DNA from: Candidatus Poribacteria bacterium WGA-3G
GTDB lineage: Bacteria; Poribacteria; WGA-4E; WGA-3G
Reading direction: 5' to 3'
Assembly: GCA_000406005.1 (NCBI GenBank)
Contig: ASZN01000008.1
Span: 19,327 to 83,326, forward strand
Length of the DNA: 64,000 nucleotides
The notes under the pieces are model-generated. The model saw nothing but the letters and a program-made list of their open reading frames with translations, searched no databases and was not told the DNA's origin. Below, in pieces: positions 1 to 8,806 of this stretch; the stretch's first letter is position 1, and each line of letters starts with the position of its first letter. The translations under genes were made by a program, and so were the position numbers.

Positions 1-460
1 CGGTGTTTTCGCCGATAGCATCGTTCAACTTGTCGGCGGTACACCCGTTTTCGTCGCCTACAAAAATGAGTTTACTGCCCGGAATCGTGAACGCGCGATC
101 GTAGGTATAGTGTTGCATCTTCTGAAAAACGATTTCGTCTTTCAGTCCTGTGGTATCTGGGAGTTGTGCGCACTTGTCGGGATCGTTGCCCGTCATGACG
201 GTTGCAGCTGCCAAGACGAGTGCGGTATAACATCCGGCTGTGATGTATGCATCTTCAACTTCTAAGTGTTCAGCTATGAACTGCCCTGACTTTTCGAGCA
301 ATTCTTCCATTTCGACGTAACTGTCATCTGCTTGGCGCATTGCGTCTCGGACTGCTGGCGAAGGCGTGGAGCCGCCTCTGACAGTCTGGTTTCCGGTAGC
401 GTTAATGACCGGTCGTGCGCCGAGTTTCTTGTAAACATTTCCCCAACCTATACTCGCCAT
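1..460 (-). CDS. SelA-like / DgaE-like PLP-dependent enzyme, N-terminal ~153 codons (C-terminus outside window)
   Basis: Runs off the window, so it is absent from the ORF track. Own translation from ATG at 458-460 (GGAGGT RBS upstream): MASIGWGNVYKKLGARPVINATGNQTVRGGSTPSPAVRDAMRQADDSYVEMEELLEKSG...ITAGCYTALVLAAATVMTG. This is typical of the N-terminus of the SelA-like/D-glucosaminate-6-P ammonia-lyase family. It lacks the extra N-terminal domain of true SelA. Confidence 0.6.
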   Translation of the reverse strand, partial: MASIGWGNVYKKLGARPVINATGNQTVRGGSTPSPAVRDAMRQADDSYVEMEELLEKSGQFIAEHLEVEDAYITAGCYTALVLAAATVMTGNDPDKCAQLPDTTGLKDEIVFQKMQHYTYDRAFTIPGSKLIFVGDENGCTADKLNDAIGENT

Positions 461-620
461 GGGATTACCTCCTTGGGATGGTTGTCGGTTGTTAGAAGAA
501 TAGTTATCAGTTGTCAGTTTTCAGTCGTCGGTAGGGTCCTTTTCCCAATAATAGATGGAAACCTCAGTTTTAGACCTCGTCAGCAAAGAACCTATGTAAA
601 CTCTGTCCTGTTTTTGTGGA

Positions 621-1580
621 TTAGAGGATCGTTAATTCATCGTCGTCTCCGCTCTCTTCTAATACGGATTCCAATTCGTGTGCGACTGCGCCGAATGCTT
701 CTGACTGTGGAGACTCTGGGTGTCCAGCGACAATTGGGACACCGATGTCGCCTGCTGTGCAGACTTCAGCATCAAGCGGGATCTGTCCAAGGAAGGCGAC
801 GCCGAATCGTTCGCTGGTGTTCTTACCGCCATCCTTACGGAAGATCTCGGTCTTCTCGTTGCAGTGTGGGCAGAGGAAGTAACTCATATTTTCGATAATG
901 CCGAGAATAGGCACGCCGAGGCGTTCAAACATGGCAACGCCACGTCGGACATCGGCGAGGGCAACGTCTTGTGGGGTTGTGACAATCAGTGCGCCGGTAA
1001 GCGGGATCGCCTGCGTTAAGGAGAGCGCGACATCACCAGTCCCGGGCGGCAGGTCGATGATGAGATAATCGAGTTCACCCCATTCGACATCGCTAAGGAG
1101 TTGGCGTATGGAACTGTGGAGCATCGGACCCCGCCAGATCATCGCCTGCTCCTCTGGGACCATAAATCCGATTGACATGAGTTTGATATTATGTCGCACG
1201 AGCGGAATAAGTTTACGTGCTGGACTGACCTTCGGCTGCTCTTGAATACCCATCATTGTTGGGATGCTCGGACCGTAGGCATCTGCGTCCATGAGACCGA
1301 CGGCAGCACCGGCATTCGCTAAAGAGATAGCGAGATTGGTAGCGACAGTCGATTTCCCAACGCCGCCTTTTCCACTGGCGACCGCGATTTTATACTTGAT
1401 ATTGGGGAGTGTGATATTTTGTTGCTGGGGTTGTTGCTGTTGCGGCGGGGGTTGTTGTTGTTGCGGTTGCCGCCCAGAAATCTGTGAACCGCTGATAACC
1501 TTCAGGTCCGGATGTCCCTTCTTTTCCGATTCTGATTGCGATTTAGGCTTTTTGTCGTCGCCTTTTTTAAGAAATCTCAT
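621..1580 (-). CDS. mrp: Mrp/NBP35 (ApbC) family iron-sulfur cluster carrier ATPase with a K/Q/P-rich N-terminal extension
   Basis: KIAVASGKGGVGKST deviant Walker A, CPHC motif (FLCPHCNEK) and full-length family similarity. AGGAG RBS before ATG 1580. Confidence 0.9.
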   Translation of the reverse strand: MRFLKKGDDKKPKSQSESEKKGHPDLKVISGSQISGRQPQQQQPPPQQQQPQQQNITLPNIKYKIAVASGKGGVGKSTVATNLAISLANAGAAVGLMDADAYGPSIPTMMGIQEQPKVSPARKLIPLVRHNIKLMSIGFMVPEEQAMIWRGPMLHSSIRQLLSDVEWGELDYLIIDLPPGTGDVALSLTQAIPLTGALIVTTPQDVALADVRRGVAMFERLGVPILGIIENMSYFLCPHCNEKTEIFRKDGGKNTSERFGVAFLGQIPLDAEVCTAGDIGVPIVAGHPESPQSEAFGAVAHELESVLEESGDDDELTIL

Positions 1581-1776
1581 ATCTCTGCTCCTATGGTTGT
1601 TTATGGAATGGTTTCAAGATGTTACGTTGTTTCGAGAAATAGTTTAACACTTTTTTTAATAATTTTGTATAATACTTTGGAGTTTGCTCGATTTTTTGCG
1701 TATTACGTGCGTCAGTCGGGGTTGCAAACCCCGCCTGCAGTATTGCTAAAACACAATAGATTCAGAAGGGGGCTTT

Positions 1777-2442
1777 ATGAATATTCTGATGTTACGGCAT
1801 TCCGCTGGGTTTGAACATAGTTACCTACCCGATGCTGAAGTTACACTGAAAGAGATTGGTGCAGCAAACGGTTGGAACGTTACCACGACGCACCGATGCG
1901 ATCGGATTAACGCTGACAATCTTGAAAAACAGGATATCGTCGCGTTTGCAACAACAGGGAACCTACCCTTCAATGATGCGCAAAAAGAGGCGTTATTGAG
2001 CTTCGTCCGTAACGGTAAAGCGTTCTTTGGCATCCACAACGCGACGGATACGTGTTACGATTGGCCCGAATACGGTGAAATGCTCGGCGGTTACTTCGCT
2101 GGACATCCGTGGCACGAAGAGGTGAACGTCATCGTTGAGGATAGCGACCATCCGGCGACCCGTATGTTGGGCAGCAGTTTCAAAGTTGTCGATGAAATTT
2201 ATACCTTCAAAAGTTGGGATCGCAACAAAACGCGTGTGCTGATGCGTCTGGATAACGATTCGATTGATGTCTCGCGTGGCAACCGTGAGGACAACGACTA
2301 TGCCCTCGGTTGGTGCCATACTTATGGAAAAGGACGCGTGATGTATACTGCCTTGGGCCACCCAGATGCGCTTTGGGGCGAGAAATGGTTCCGCGAACAT
2401 ATCATAGGATGCATCAAATGGGCAGGCGGATTAGAAGATTAG
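1777..2442 (+). CDS. ThuA domain-containing protein (trehalose-utilisation-like)
   Basis: GIHNATD...GGYFAGHPW...DHPATRML...DEIYTF...GWCHTYGKGRVMYTALGHPDALW matches the conserved ThuA-family blocks. Confidence 0.8.
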   Translation: MNILMLRHSAGFEHSYLPDAEVTLKEIGAANGWNVTTTHRCDRINADNLEKQDIVAFATTGNLPFNDAQKEALLSFVRNGKAFFGIHNATDTCYDWPEYGEMLGGYFAGHPWHEEVNVIVEDSDHPATRMLGSSFKVVDEIYTFKSWDRNKTRVLMRLDNDSIDVSRGNREDNDYALGWCHTYGKGRVMYTALGHPDALWGEKWFREHIIGCIKWAGGLED

Positions 2443-2478
2443 TCAGCAGTCAGCCATCAGCGATCAGATTTTTAGACA

Positions 2479-3483
2479 TCAACTGTTGGTAATAACACCT
2501 GTTGCCCGCAAAAGCGTCTCCTGCACCAACAATTCGTGTGACACTGGACGATCGGGTGGTTGTTCGCCCGCAATGGTCGCTAAAAACGCGTCAAGTTCAA
2601 GTTCATACGTGCGTTGACGGCTTTCACCGTCTATCTCTACGATCTGTTCACCTTGCGTATAACCGTCCTTTGTGCTCTCCAAACAGAGCCGAATTTTCAA
2701 TCCGGGTTCAAAAGGCTCAACGATAATGGCACTGCCTTCGGTGCCGTAGACTTCAAATCTGCGTGCCACGGGTCTCGGTTCCAAAGCGGAGATGGATATA
2801 AACGCCATCGCTTTTTCAAATTCATAAACGGTGAGGGTGTTATCTTTGAAAGGTTCGACGGAGCCGCCGTCGTTTCGGAGGAAAGAGGTGACCTTCTCGG
2901 GTCGTCCGAGGAGCCAGAGAACTTGGTCGAGGACGTGTCCGCCTAAGTCAAAAAAGATGCCGCCGATGTGTTGGCTGATGCGGGTGCGCGCCTCGTAAGA
3001 GATATTGGTAGACATGTGTGCGCGAACGGAAAAAACATCGCCTAAGAACCCGGAGTGCACCCATTCGGCAACCTGCCTGAAGGCGGAGTGGTATCGTAGC
3101 ATGTACCCCATCTGTACGTGTAGCGATTTCGCTTCTGCGGTATTGATGACGCGCTGCCACTGTACCCAGTTCTCACCGGCGGGTTTGTCGTACCAGACGT
3201 GTTTTCCAGCGTTGACAATCTGCTCGGTTTGATCTAAGCTTTCGGCGTTATTGCCTTCCGAAGCAATCGCGACGATGGTACCATCGCTGAGCATCTCCTC
3301 GGCATTCGCATACCAGTGGACATCGGTAAAGGTTCCGCCGCCAGCCTGAAGTTTCTCGCGTTGTTGTGCGTCGGGTTCAAACACACCCGCGACTTCCACA
3401 TCGGGGTTGACGAGCATCGCTTGCATTTTTCCGCGTGCGTGTCCGTGTTTCGTTCCGTATTGTGCCATCCGTATTTTCGCCAT
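2479..3483 (-). CDS. Gfo/Idh/MocA family oxidoreductase
   Basis: N-terminal Rossmann segment (IRMAQYGTKHGHARGK...VEVAGVFEPD) and family-like length. The ORF-track start at 3495 is a TTG; ATG at 3483 (MAKIRMAQ) follows a GGAG-like RBS. Confidence 0.85.
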   Translation of the reverse strand: MAKIRMAQYGTKHGHARGKMQAMLVNPDVEVAGVFEPDAQQREKLQAGGGTFTDVHWYANAEEMLSDGTIVAIASEGNNAESLDQTEQIVNAGKHVWYDKPAGENWVQWQRVINTAEAKSLHVQMGYMLRYHSAFRQVAEWVHSGFLGDVFSVRAHMSTNISYEARTRISQHIGGIFFDLGGHVLDQVLWLLGRPEKVTSFLRNDGGSVEPFKDNTLTVYEFEKAMAFISISALEPRPVARRFEVYGTEGSAIIVEPFEPGLKIRLCLESTKDGYTQGEQIVEIDGESRQRTYELELDAFLATIAGEQPPDRPVSHELLVQETLLRATGVITNS

Positions 3484-3600
3484 ATTTATCTCCAAAATCC
3501 GAAATTAGTAATGTGGTGTTGTATGGCTATTATACGGACATGAAATTGCATGTCAAGGAAATATTCGGGTGGTCAATATTTGGGTAAGAAATGGCAGCAT

Positions 3601-3949
3601 TTACAGATTGTCGCGTTGGAAGCGGAAGACACCGTTTTGCTGAGTGCCGATGTAGAAGGTCCGACCCTCAACGGCAAACGCGGTTGCAGGGTGCGGTAGT
3701 TCTGCGGCGATCTGTTTCCAGGCGTGGGTCTGTTTATCCGCCGCATAGATACCACTATCACAGGCACCGTAAACCGTTGTAAGCCTTGAGAAAAACATCC
3801 TGCGTGAGTTCCTCAGCGATATGGAAATCACCGATCTTACGCCAAACGAGGGCGTGCACCGATTTCTGGTATTTATTGACGAGCGTGGTAAACGCGTCTT
3901 GATCGCCATCTAAAACGCGTTGAATGAGATCTACATCATTTGCCTTCAT
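3601..3949 (-). pseudogene. Internally deleted remnant of an ECF-sigma/beta-propeller fusion gene (paralog of 26232..29126)
   Basis: 3758..3949 encodes MKANDVDLIQRVLDGDQDAFTTLVNKYQKSVHALVWRKIGDFHIAEELTQDVFLKAY, which aligns with MVDDNVQLIRRILSGDDEAFSILMRKHQKGVHALIWRKIEDFHVAEEITQDTFIQVY. A shift into another frame then gives TTVYGACDSGIYAADKQTHAWKQIAAELP...GRTFYIGTQQNGVFRFQRDNL*, which aligns with the last blade TTIYGVSDSGAYRLDADSKWELLSSEVP...GRLYVGTRDHGMFHISLEE of the full-length gene. Confidence 0.75.
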
Positions 3950-4106
3950 TTCTATCTCCTCACAGAAAATATAGGTTTCATAATATAGTGACGCTCGTAA
4001 AAGTCGAAATGTTGCATAAAGTGTGTATTATGCAAAGATTCACGAAAAAATGCATACATTGTTAAACGAAATAACTCACGGATGTTCATCGCTAAAGCAG
4101 CAAAAA

Positions 4107-4904
4107 TTATTCCGGATTGTCTCCTGCATTCTCTAATATTAAATTAAACAACTCCTCAAGTTCACCTTCAACACATGTCTCTTTCTTACGACTAATAGCA
4201 ACACCAAAAGGCTCTCCATTATCTACGACTTCTTTAAAAACATTATATCTACACAAGAAATATTCTGTAGGTTGTAAAACATATTGTGCCCTTAAATACT
4301 CAACATACTCTTTTTTATTTTCATCTGTAGCGATACGCCATCCACCAAATTTTTCCTTTTTCTGGCCCTCAGCAACGATATGAACCTCTGGTATATCTCC
4401 GTGCTGACGCATCAATGTTTCTGTGTAAAGTTTAACAAACAGTTCTGGATCATCTGTTTCACGCCATATTTTTTGCTTTTGGGTATCTTCCAAAACTTTA
4501 CGATTTGATTCATTGGGCCATAAAAGGTAGTGTGCTTTCGCGCGCAAAATTAAATCTTCAATTGAAGTTTCAGTCGGTTTACCGTCAGCTAACAGCGATA
4601 ACCTATAAAATATAGCCACTATGTGGACCGCTGGTATATCACCAAATTGCTGTATCAGCACTGCATGATAGTATTTGGCTTTCAATTCTGGGTCTTTTTC
4701 CTCATACCAGTCTCCAGGGAAATTAAGATTTAGAAGTTCTTTTACCTGCTCATCCGTAATTTCATAGAGTGATTCGCTTGTGTCGTAATACCTATCCGGT
4801 AACTCAACAGATAATATCGGTTCTGTATCTTCTTCTACCTCGCCACACCCTAAAAAATTGAGTCCGATAAGTAAACAGAAAAAGTACGTTAGTATACCTC
4901 TCAT
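4107..4904 (-). CDS. Hypothetical lipoprotein with two internal repeats carrying a (Q/K)(F/H)GDIPxVHIVA motif
   Basis: Start trimmed to ATG 4904 (GGAGGTATA RBS). Lipoprotein-type signal MRGILTYFFCLLIGLNFLGC. Internal duplication (LIQQFGDIPAVHIVA / LMRQHGDIPEVHIVA). AT-rich relative to neighbours. Confidence 0.6.
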   Translation of the reverse strand: MRGILTYFFCLLIGLNFLGCGEVEEDTEPILSVELPDRYYDTSESLYEITDEQVKELLNLNFPGDWYEEKDPELKAKYYHAVLIQQFGDIPAVHIVAIFYRLSLLADGKPTETSIEDLILRAKAHYLLWPNESNRKVLEDTQKQKIWRETDDPELFVKLYTETLMRQHGDIPEVHIVAEGQKKEKFGGWRIATDENKKEYVEYLRAQYVLQPTEYFLCRYNVFKEVVDNGEPFGVAISRKKETCVEGELEELFNLILENAGDNPE

Positions 4905-5240
4905 CTGCTTTATACCTCCAAACTGCTTAATGAACTGAGCCTGATAATATACATAACGTGAGTTTGATAAAAGTTTGATTATGTAGCGTCCACTGTTAAT
5001 TTTGCGCTGTATAGCCCACAAACTAACAGTTTGTGCTACGATTCACGGTTCTGTGATGCGGAAATAGAACCGGCAACACATCCGAAATGATTAATCAAAC
5101 TGGCGTTATACATAATACAACTCTGTACCTTTAGTTTTATATCAATCTTTTGGTGGGTACTGTTCACTATTTTCTTCGCTATTTACCGCGTTGTTTTCTG
5201 TTAGTGAGGCGAAATCATTATTAGACCGAAAACGCTCGGA

Positions 5241-7232
5241 TTAAGAACCTATCACGGGTTTCAGGTCCCAGAGGAGGATGGTGCTGTCAAAACTGCCACT
5301 CGCCAAAAGTGTACCATCTGGTGAAAACGCGAGATCTTGGACATCGGTGGGGTGCCCCCAGAAGGTGGCGATGTTTTCGCCGGTGGCAACTTCCCATAAG
5401 CGAATAGGCACCTTTTCTGTTTCTACGCCCCTATGCCACCATGCACCAGAAGCAAGATATTTCCCACAAGGTGAAAACGCCAAGGCACGCGGGTAACAAC
5501 TGGGGTGTGTATGAGGAAGAGTCAAGAGAGTTCGACAACTATTGATATCCCACAATCGGATTTGGTTTAGCATGCCACACGCGATCTTGTGACCGCAAGG
5601 TGAAAACGCGACAGTATAGACAGGGTTGACACGGAACTCCGGATTTTCTTTCCCTGTATCGATGTCCCATAGATTTGCCATCGTGCCAGAAGAACTCGGA
5701 ACACTTACAAGGTGTTTACCGTCGTGGCTGAATATAAGGCGGCTGATCTTATCATCATCCCAATTCCCTTCTAAGGGGAGAGTGTGTGTGAGTACACAGC
5801 GCACGTCACCACTTCTCATATCCCATACATACAGATGCCCTTTGCTATCCGCGCAGGCGATGAGATGTCGTAGCGGGGCGTGTGCAGCGGCAGTCACCAC
5901 TGCCTCTGGGTCGGGAAGTGTAAATGTCATAGATGTCGTGTTTTCGTCGGTTTCCCCAATTTTAACGGTTATTTTAACACTGTTTTTATCATACGCAAAC
6001 GCTGTCGAGTGAATTTTCTCTGAAATGAACACAAAAACGGCTTGTGGGTCATCGGATATTTTGAAAAAAGTTGGTGGTTGCATAGGGTTGGCAATATCCC
6101 AGAAGAGTGTGCTTCCATACTTTCCGGCTGCCAACTTTTTGCCATCTTGTGAGAACGCTACGGAATTCGGAGTACCATTGACATGTAAATAAGGCAACTT
6201 GCGGGGGTTGGTATCCCCGGGCGACCACACTGCCCATTCCTTGGCACCAGCAACGACAAAATGCGAACTGCTTGAAAAAAGTGCTTCATCAATCTCCCAT
6301 TCCTTTTCAACGTACGTGTAGCGTTTTTCATGACGTTCCACGTCCCACACGACGACAGTGTTTCTTTCCAGATCATTTTCCAGAGTATGAAGAACGCCTT
6401 CTTGTGAATAGCAGACACTCATGCGAGCGGTGGCATCATAGTTCTGATAGACTCCCTCTTGTTCCCAAGTCTTCACATTCCATACTTGCACTGTGCCTTT
6501 ATCGCCGCCGATGGCCAGCGTTTGTCCACAAGGTGAAAAGCAGAGGCTGCGCACAAAGCTCGGTTGTTCGGTAAGACAGGCGATGCACTCACCGGTTACG
6601 ACATCCCAGACCAAAACAACATCGGGGCCATCCGTTGTCCCGGCGGGAGCCGTACACGCCAGCAGACGACTGTCTGGCGAAAAAGCAACGGGTCGAGGGA
6701 GGGAGGGGTAAGAACTGCGTGTTTCTCTTTGGGGGTCATGGAACGTAGCCAGCGGTGTGCCGGTTCTGGGGTTCCAGGTGTAGACAATCTCACAACGGCT
6801 ACCCGTTGCGGCCAGGTGCTGGTTATCAGGTGAAAAGGCAAGAGACTGAATTGCAGTCGTCCTAGGGACTGGCTCTTTTAACCCTGGCCGCACAATTTTT
6901 GTAATGCAGGTGCTCCGCTGGATATCCCACACTTTGATAACACCATCCCAGCTGCCGGTCGCAGCCAATCGCCCATCATGAGAAATCGTAATGGCACCCA
7001 GCATCCCCCGTTGTGTTTCCCATAAAGCAACAGGTTGCATTGTCGCGAGGTCATACCACCATAACCCAATTTTGGTTGCAACTGCGAGGTATGTACCATC
7101 CGGTGATACTGCCATCGCCATCACAACTCCATGCCCGAACCGAGAAATCGCACCCTCTGGTAAAGCCCAACTCATGGGATGACCTTTGTCATCGACAATG
7201 GGTGTGGCCCTGTTTTTTCTGCCATTTATCAT
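5241..7232 (-). CDS. WD40 repeat protein
   Basis: Many WD blades (AFSPDG..LASGS.D.T..LWD). Start trimmed to ATG 7232 after AGGAGG. N-terminal [14 protein letters not shown] and the C-terminal blade are shared with 17903..19897. Confidence 0.85.
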   Translation of the reverse strand: [663 protein letters not shown]

Positions 7233-7558
7233 GTTCCTCCTAAAAACTATCCGTTCTAATACCATTTCTGAATAAACATGCGTCCAACACTATCTTATAT
7301 AGACCCGTTTTTTACGCCCTTTGCGTGCGAAAAACGCAGTGTGCTATCATATACACATTCGTGGATGCACTTTGCACGAGGGCATCCATGAAAATTAACG
7401 TGAGTTTGATGGGACTTACGGATTTTTTTTACGAGTTCCGACGCGATATAGGATGCGGAGCGGGGTTACAAACCCCGCCTGCATACGGGTTGCGTAAGTC
7501 CTGTTAAAAAAAAAGAAATGTCTCAGACCCAGGGCCGGTAGGTTCGGTTTGATGAAGA

Positions 7559-8686
7559 TTAATTTTCCACTACAGAAATTCGTGCTTTAAAGGCGTTGAT
7601 ATGTCCCTTCTCGCCGTACCAATCGCCTGTAGCACCAAATTTAAAAACGCTCCCTCGTGCGAAACGATGTCTGATTTTTCCTGCTTCACCGGGTCCAATT
7701 CCCCACGCCGAGTTAAGCGCGATATCGGGATAACCTTCTGTCGGCAGTTCGGTGTCACCATCAAAGAGATCAAACGAACCGAAAATGTCAGCATCCCCGA
7801 CACGGATATCAATAATTAATGTCCCACTGCCTTCAAACGCTGTCGTATCAATATTGATGACAGTGTAGTCCTGATAACCGGTGCCGGGTGCCCGAAAAGC
7901 GTTTAATATTTCCTGTGAGGGCTGTGCCTTGTCAAGTACAAGACGCAACTCACTTAATGGCATTTCTGGGATGTTCTCATCCGATTCAGGATTCTCTTTT
8001 TCTTCGGATTCCACTTGTGGATATTCCGCTACAGAAATTTTTGCTTTAAAAGCGTTTATACTTCCTTTCTCACTTCTACCGTAACACCCGGTAGCACCTA
8101 ATCTAAAAAACGTGCCTCGGTCAAAACGATGTGCAAGTTGCCCTGTCTCATCAGGCTCAATCCATGCAGAAGCAAGTCTCTTATCTTTAGGCACCCGTTC
8201 ATCCATAGGAAGCTCGCTGTCACCATCAAACAAATAGAAGTGCCCTTCCGCATCCGCTCTACCAGTTTCAATATCAACGGTTAGTGTGCCGCCATTTTCA
8301 AACGCCCTTGCGTCAATGACAACAATGGTGTAATCCTGATAGCCAACCGTCGGGGTTCGAAAAAAATCTAAGACATCCTGAGAAGGTTCTTCACTGTTCA
8401 GAATGATGTTTCCCAATCCGGGCTGTTTTCCCTCCAAGGACTCCTTGAGAAACATAAGGTAACTCTCCTCGTCTCGGCGTTTAAATTTATTCCAATTGTC
8501 GTCGAAGAATTCGTTGACAAGCAGTCTGCCCATCAGTTCAAACTCTGGTGATATGACGAAACAATCCACGGGTGAACCTTTTTTCGGTCCGGTCTTCCAT
8601 CCCTTTATAATTGCTTGTGCTAACGGGTGGCTTGTGTCAAACGTCTTACCCTCGCGCTCGCGTCTTTTGGCAATCGGTTCCCGCAA
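7559..8686 (-). CDS. C-terminal portion of a thioredoxin-fold protein plus two tandem ~135-aa domains; probably continuous with 8804..9580 through an in-frame UGA
   Basis: The ORF-track start is a TTG with no RBS. The reading frame stays open upstream to the TGA at 8804-8806 (GSGKGLRAGALSDDQNIEFLNENFINTWIADAELGRIHSL precedes REPIAKRR). There is an internal duplication: ...GYQDYT(I/V)..ID..AFE..GTL..DI..G.A...F.LFDGD.ELP...INAFKA(K/R)ISV. Confidence 0.6.
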   Translation of the reverse strand: MREPIAKRREREGKTFDTSHPLAQAIIKGWKTGPKKGSPVDCFVISPEFELMGRLLVNEFFDDNWNKFKRRDEESYLMFLKESLEGKQPGLGNIILNSEEPSQDVLDFFRTPTVGYQDYTIVVIDARAFENGGTLTVDIETGRADAEGHFYLFDGDSELPMDERVPKDKRLASAWIEPDETGQLAHRFDRGTFFRLGATGCYGRSEKGSINAFKAKISVAEYPQVESEEKENPESDENIPEMPLSELRLVLDKAQPSQEILNAFRAPGTGYQDYTVINIDTTAFEGSGTLIIDIRVGDADIFGSFDLFDGDTELPTEGYPDIALNSAWGIGPGEAGKIRHRFARGSVFKFGATGDWYGEKGHINAFKARISVVEN

Positions 8687-8768
8687 ACTGTGGATACGCC
8701 CTAATTCTGCATCTGCTATCCAAGTGTTGATAAAATTTTCGTTCAGGAATTCAATGTTTTGATCATCA

Positions 8769-8806
8769 GAGAGAGCACCTGCCCTCAGGCCTTTGCCACT
8801 CCCTCA
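8769..8806 (-). promoter_or_regulatory. In-frame UGA plus candidate bacterial SECIS-like hairpin
   Basis: mRNA: UGA GGGAGUGGCAAAGGCCUGAGGGCAGGUGCUCUC. Hand-folded pairs are G1-C35, G2.U34, G3-C33, A4-U32, G5-C31, (U6 bulge), G7.U30 and G8-C29. After an internal loop come G14.U27, C15-G26, C16-G25, U17-A24 and G18-C23. The G-rich apical loop AGGG lies at +19..+22 from the UGA. Confidence 0.45.

Noticed and set aside
1-460. The SelA-like gene considered as evidence that the selenocysteine machinery is encoded here.
   Set aside because: The N-terminus matches the shorter SelA-like/DgaE-type PLP enzymes and lacks the SelA N-terminal domain. It does not bear on Sec decoding.
332-1647. Plus-strand ORFs 332..898, 720..1019 and 1291..1647 overlapping the mrp gene. 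The same applies to the many antisense ORFs inside the large genes, e.g. 42110..42694, 48022..48654, 24520..25014, 12106..12672 and 10306..10797.
   Set aside because: They lie antisense to or out of frame with genes that have strong family signatures. They have Arg/Ser/Cys-rich or low-complexity translations, lack RBSs and mostly start at TTG or GTG.
7559-8686. Treating 7559..8686 as an independent gene starting at the ORF-track codon.
   Set aside because: That codon is an internal TTG without an RBS. The frame is open for 39 more codons upstream to the TGA, and those codons complete a thioredoxin-like fold begun in the upstream ORF.
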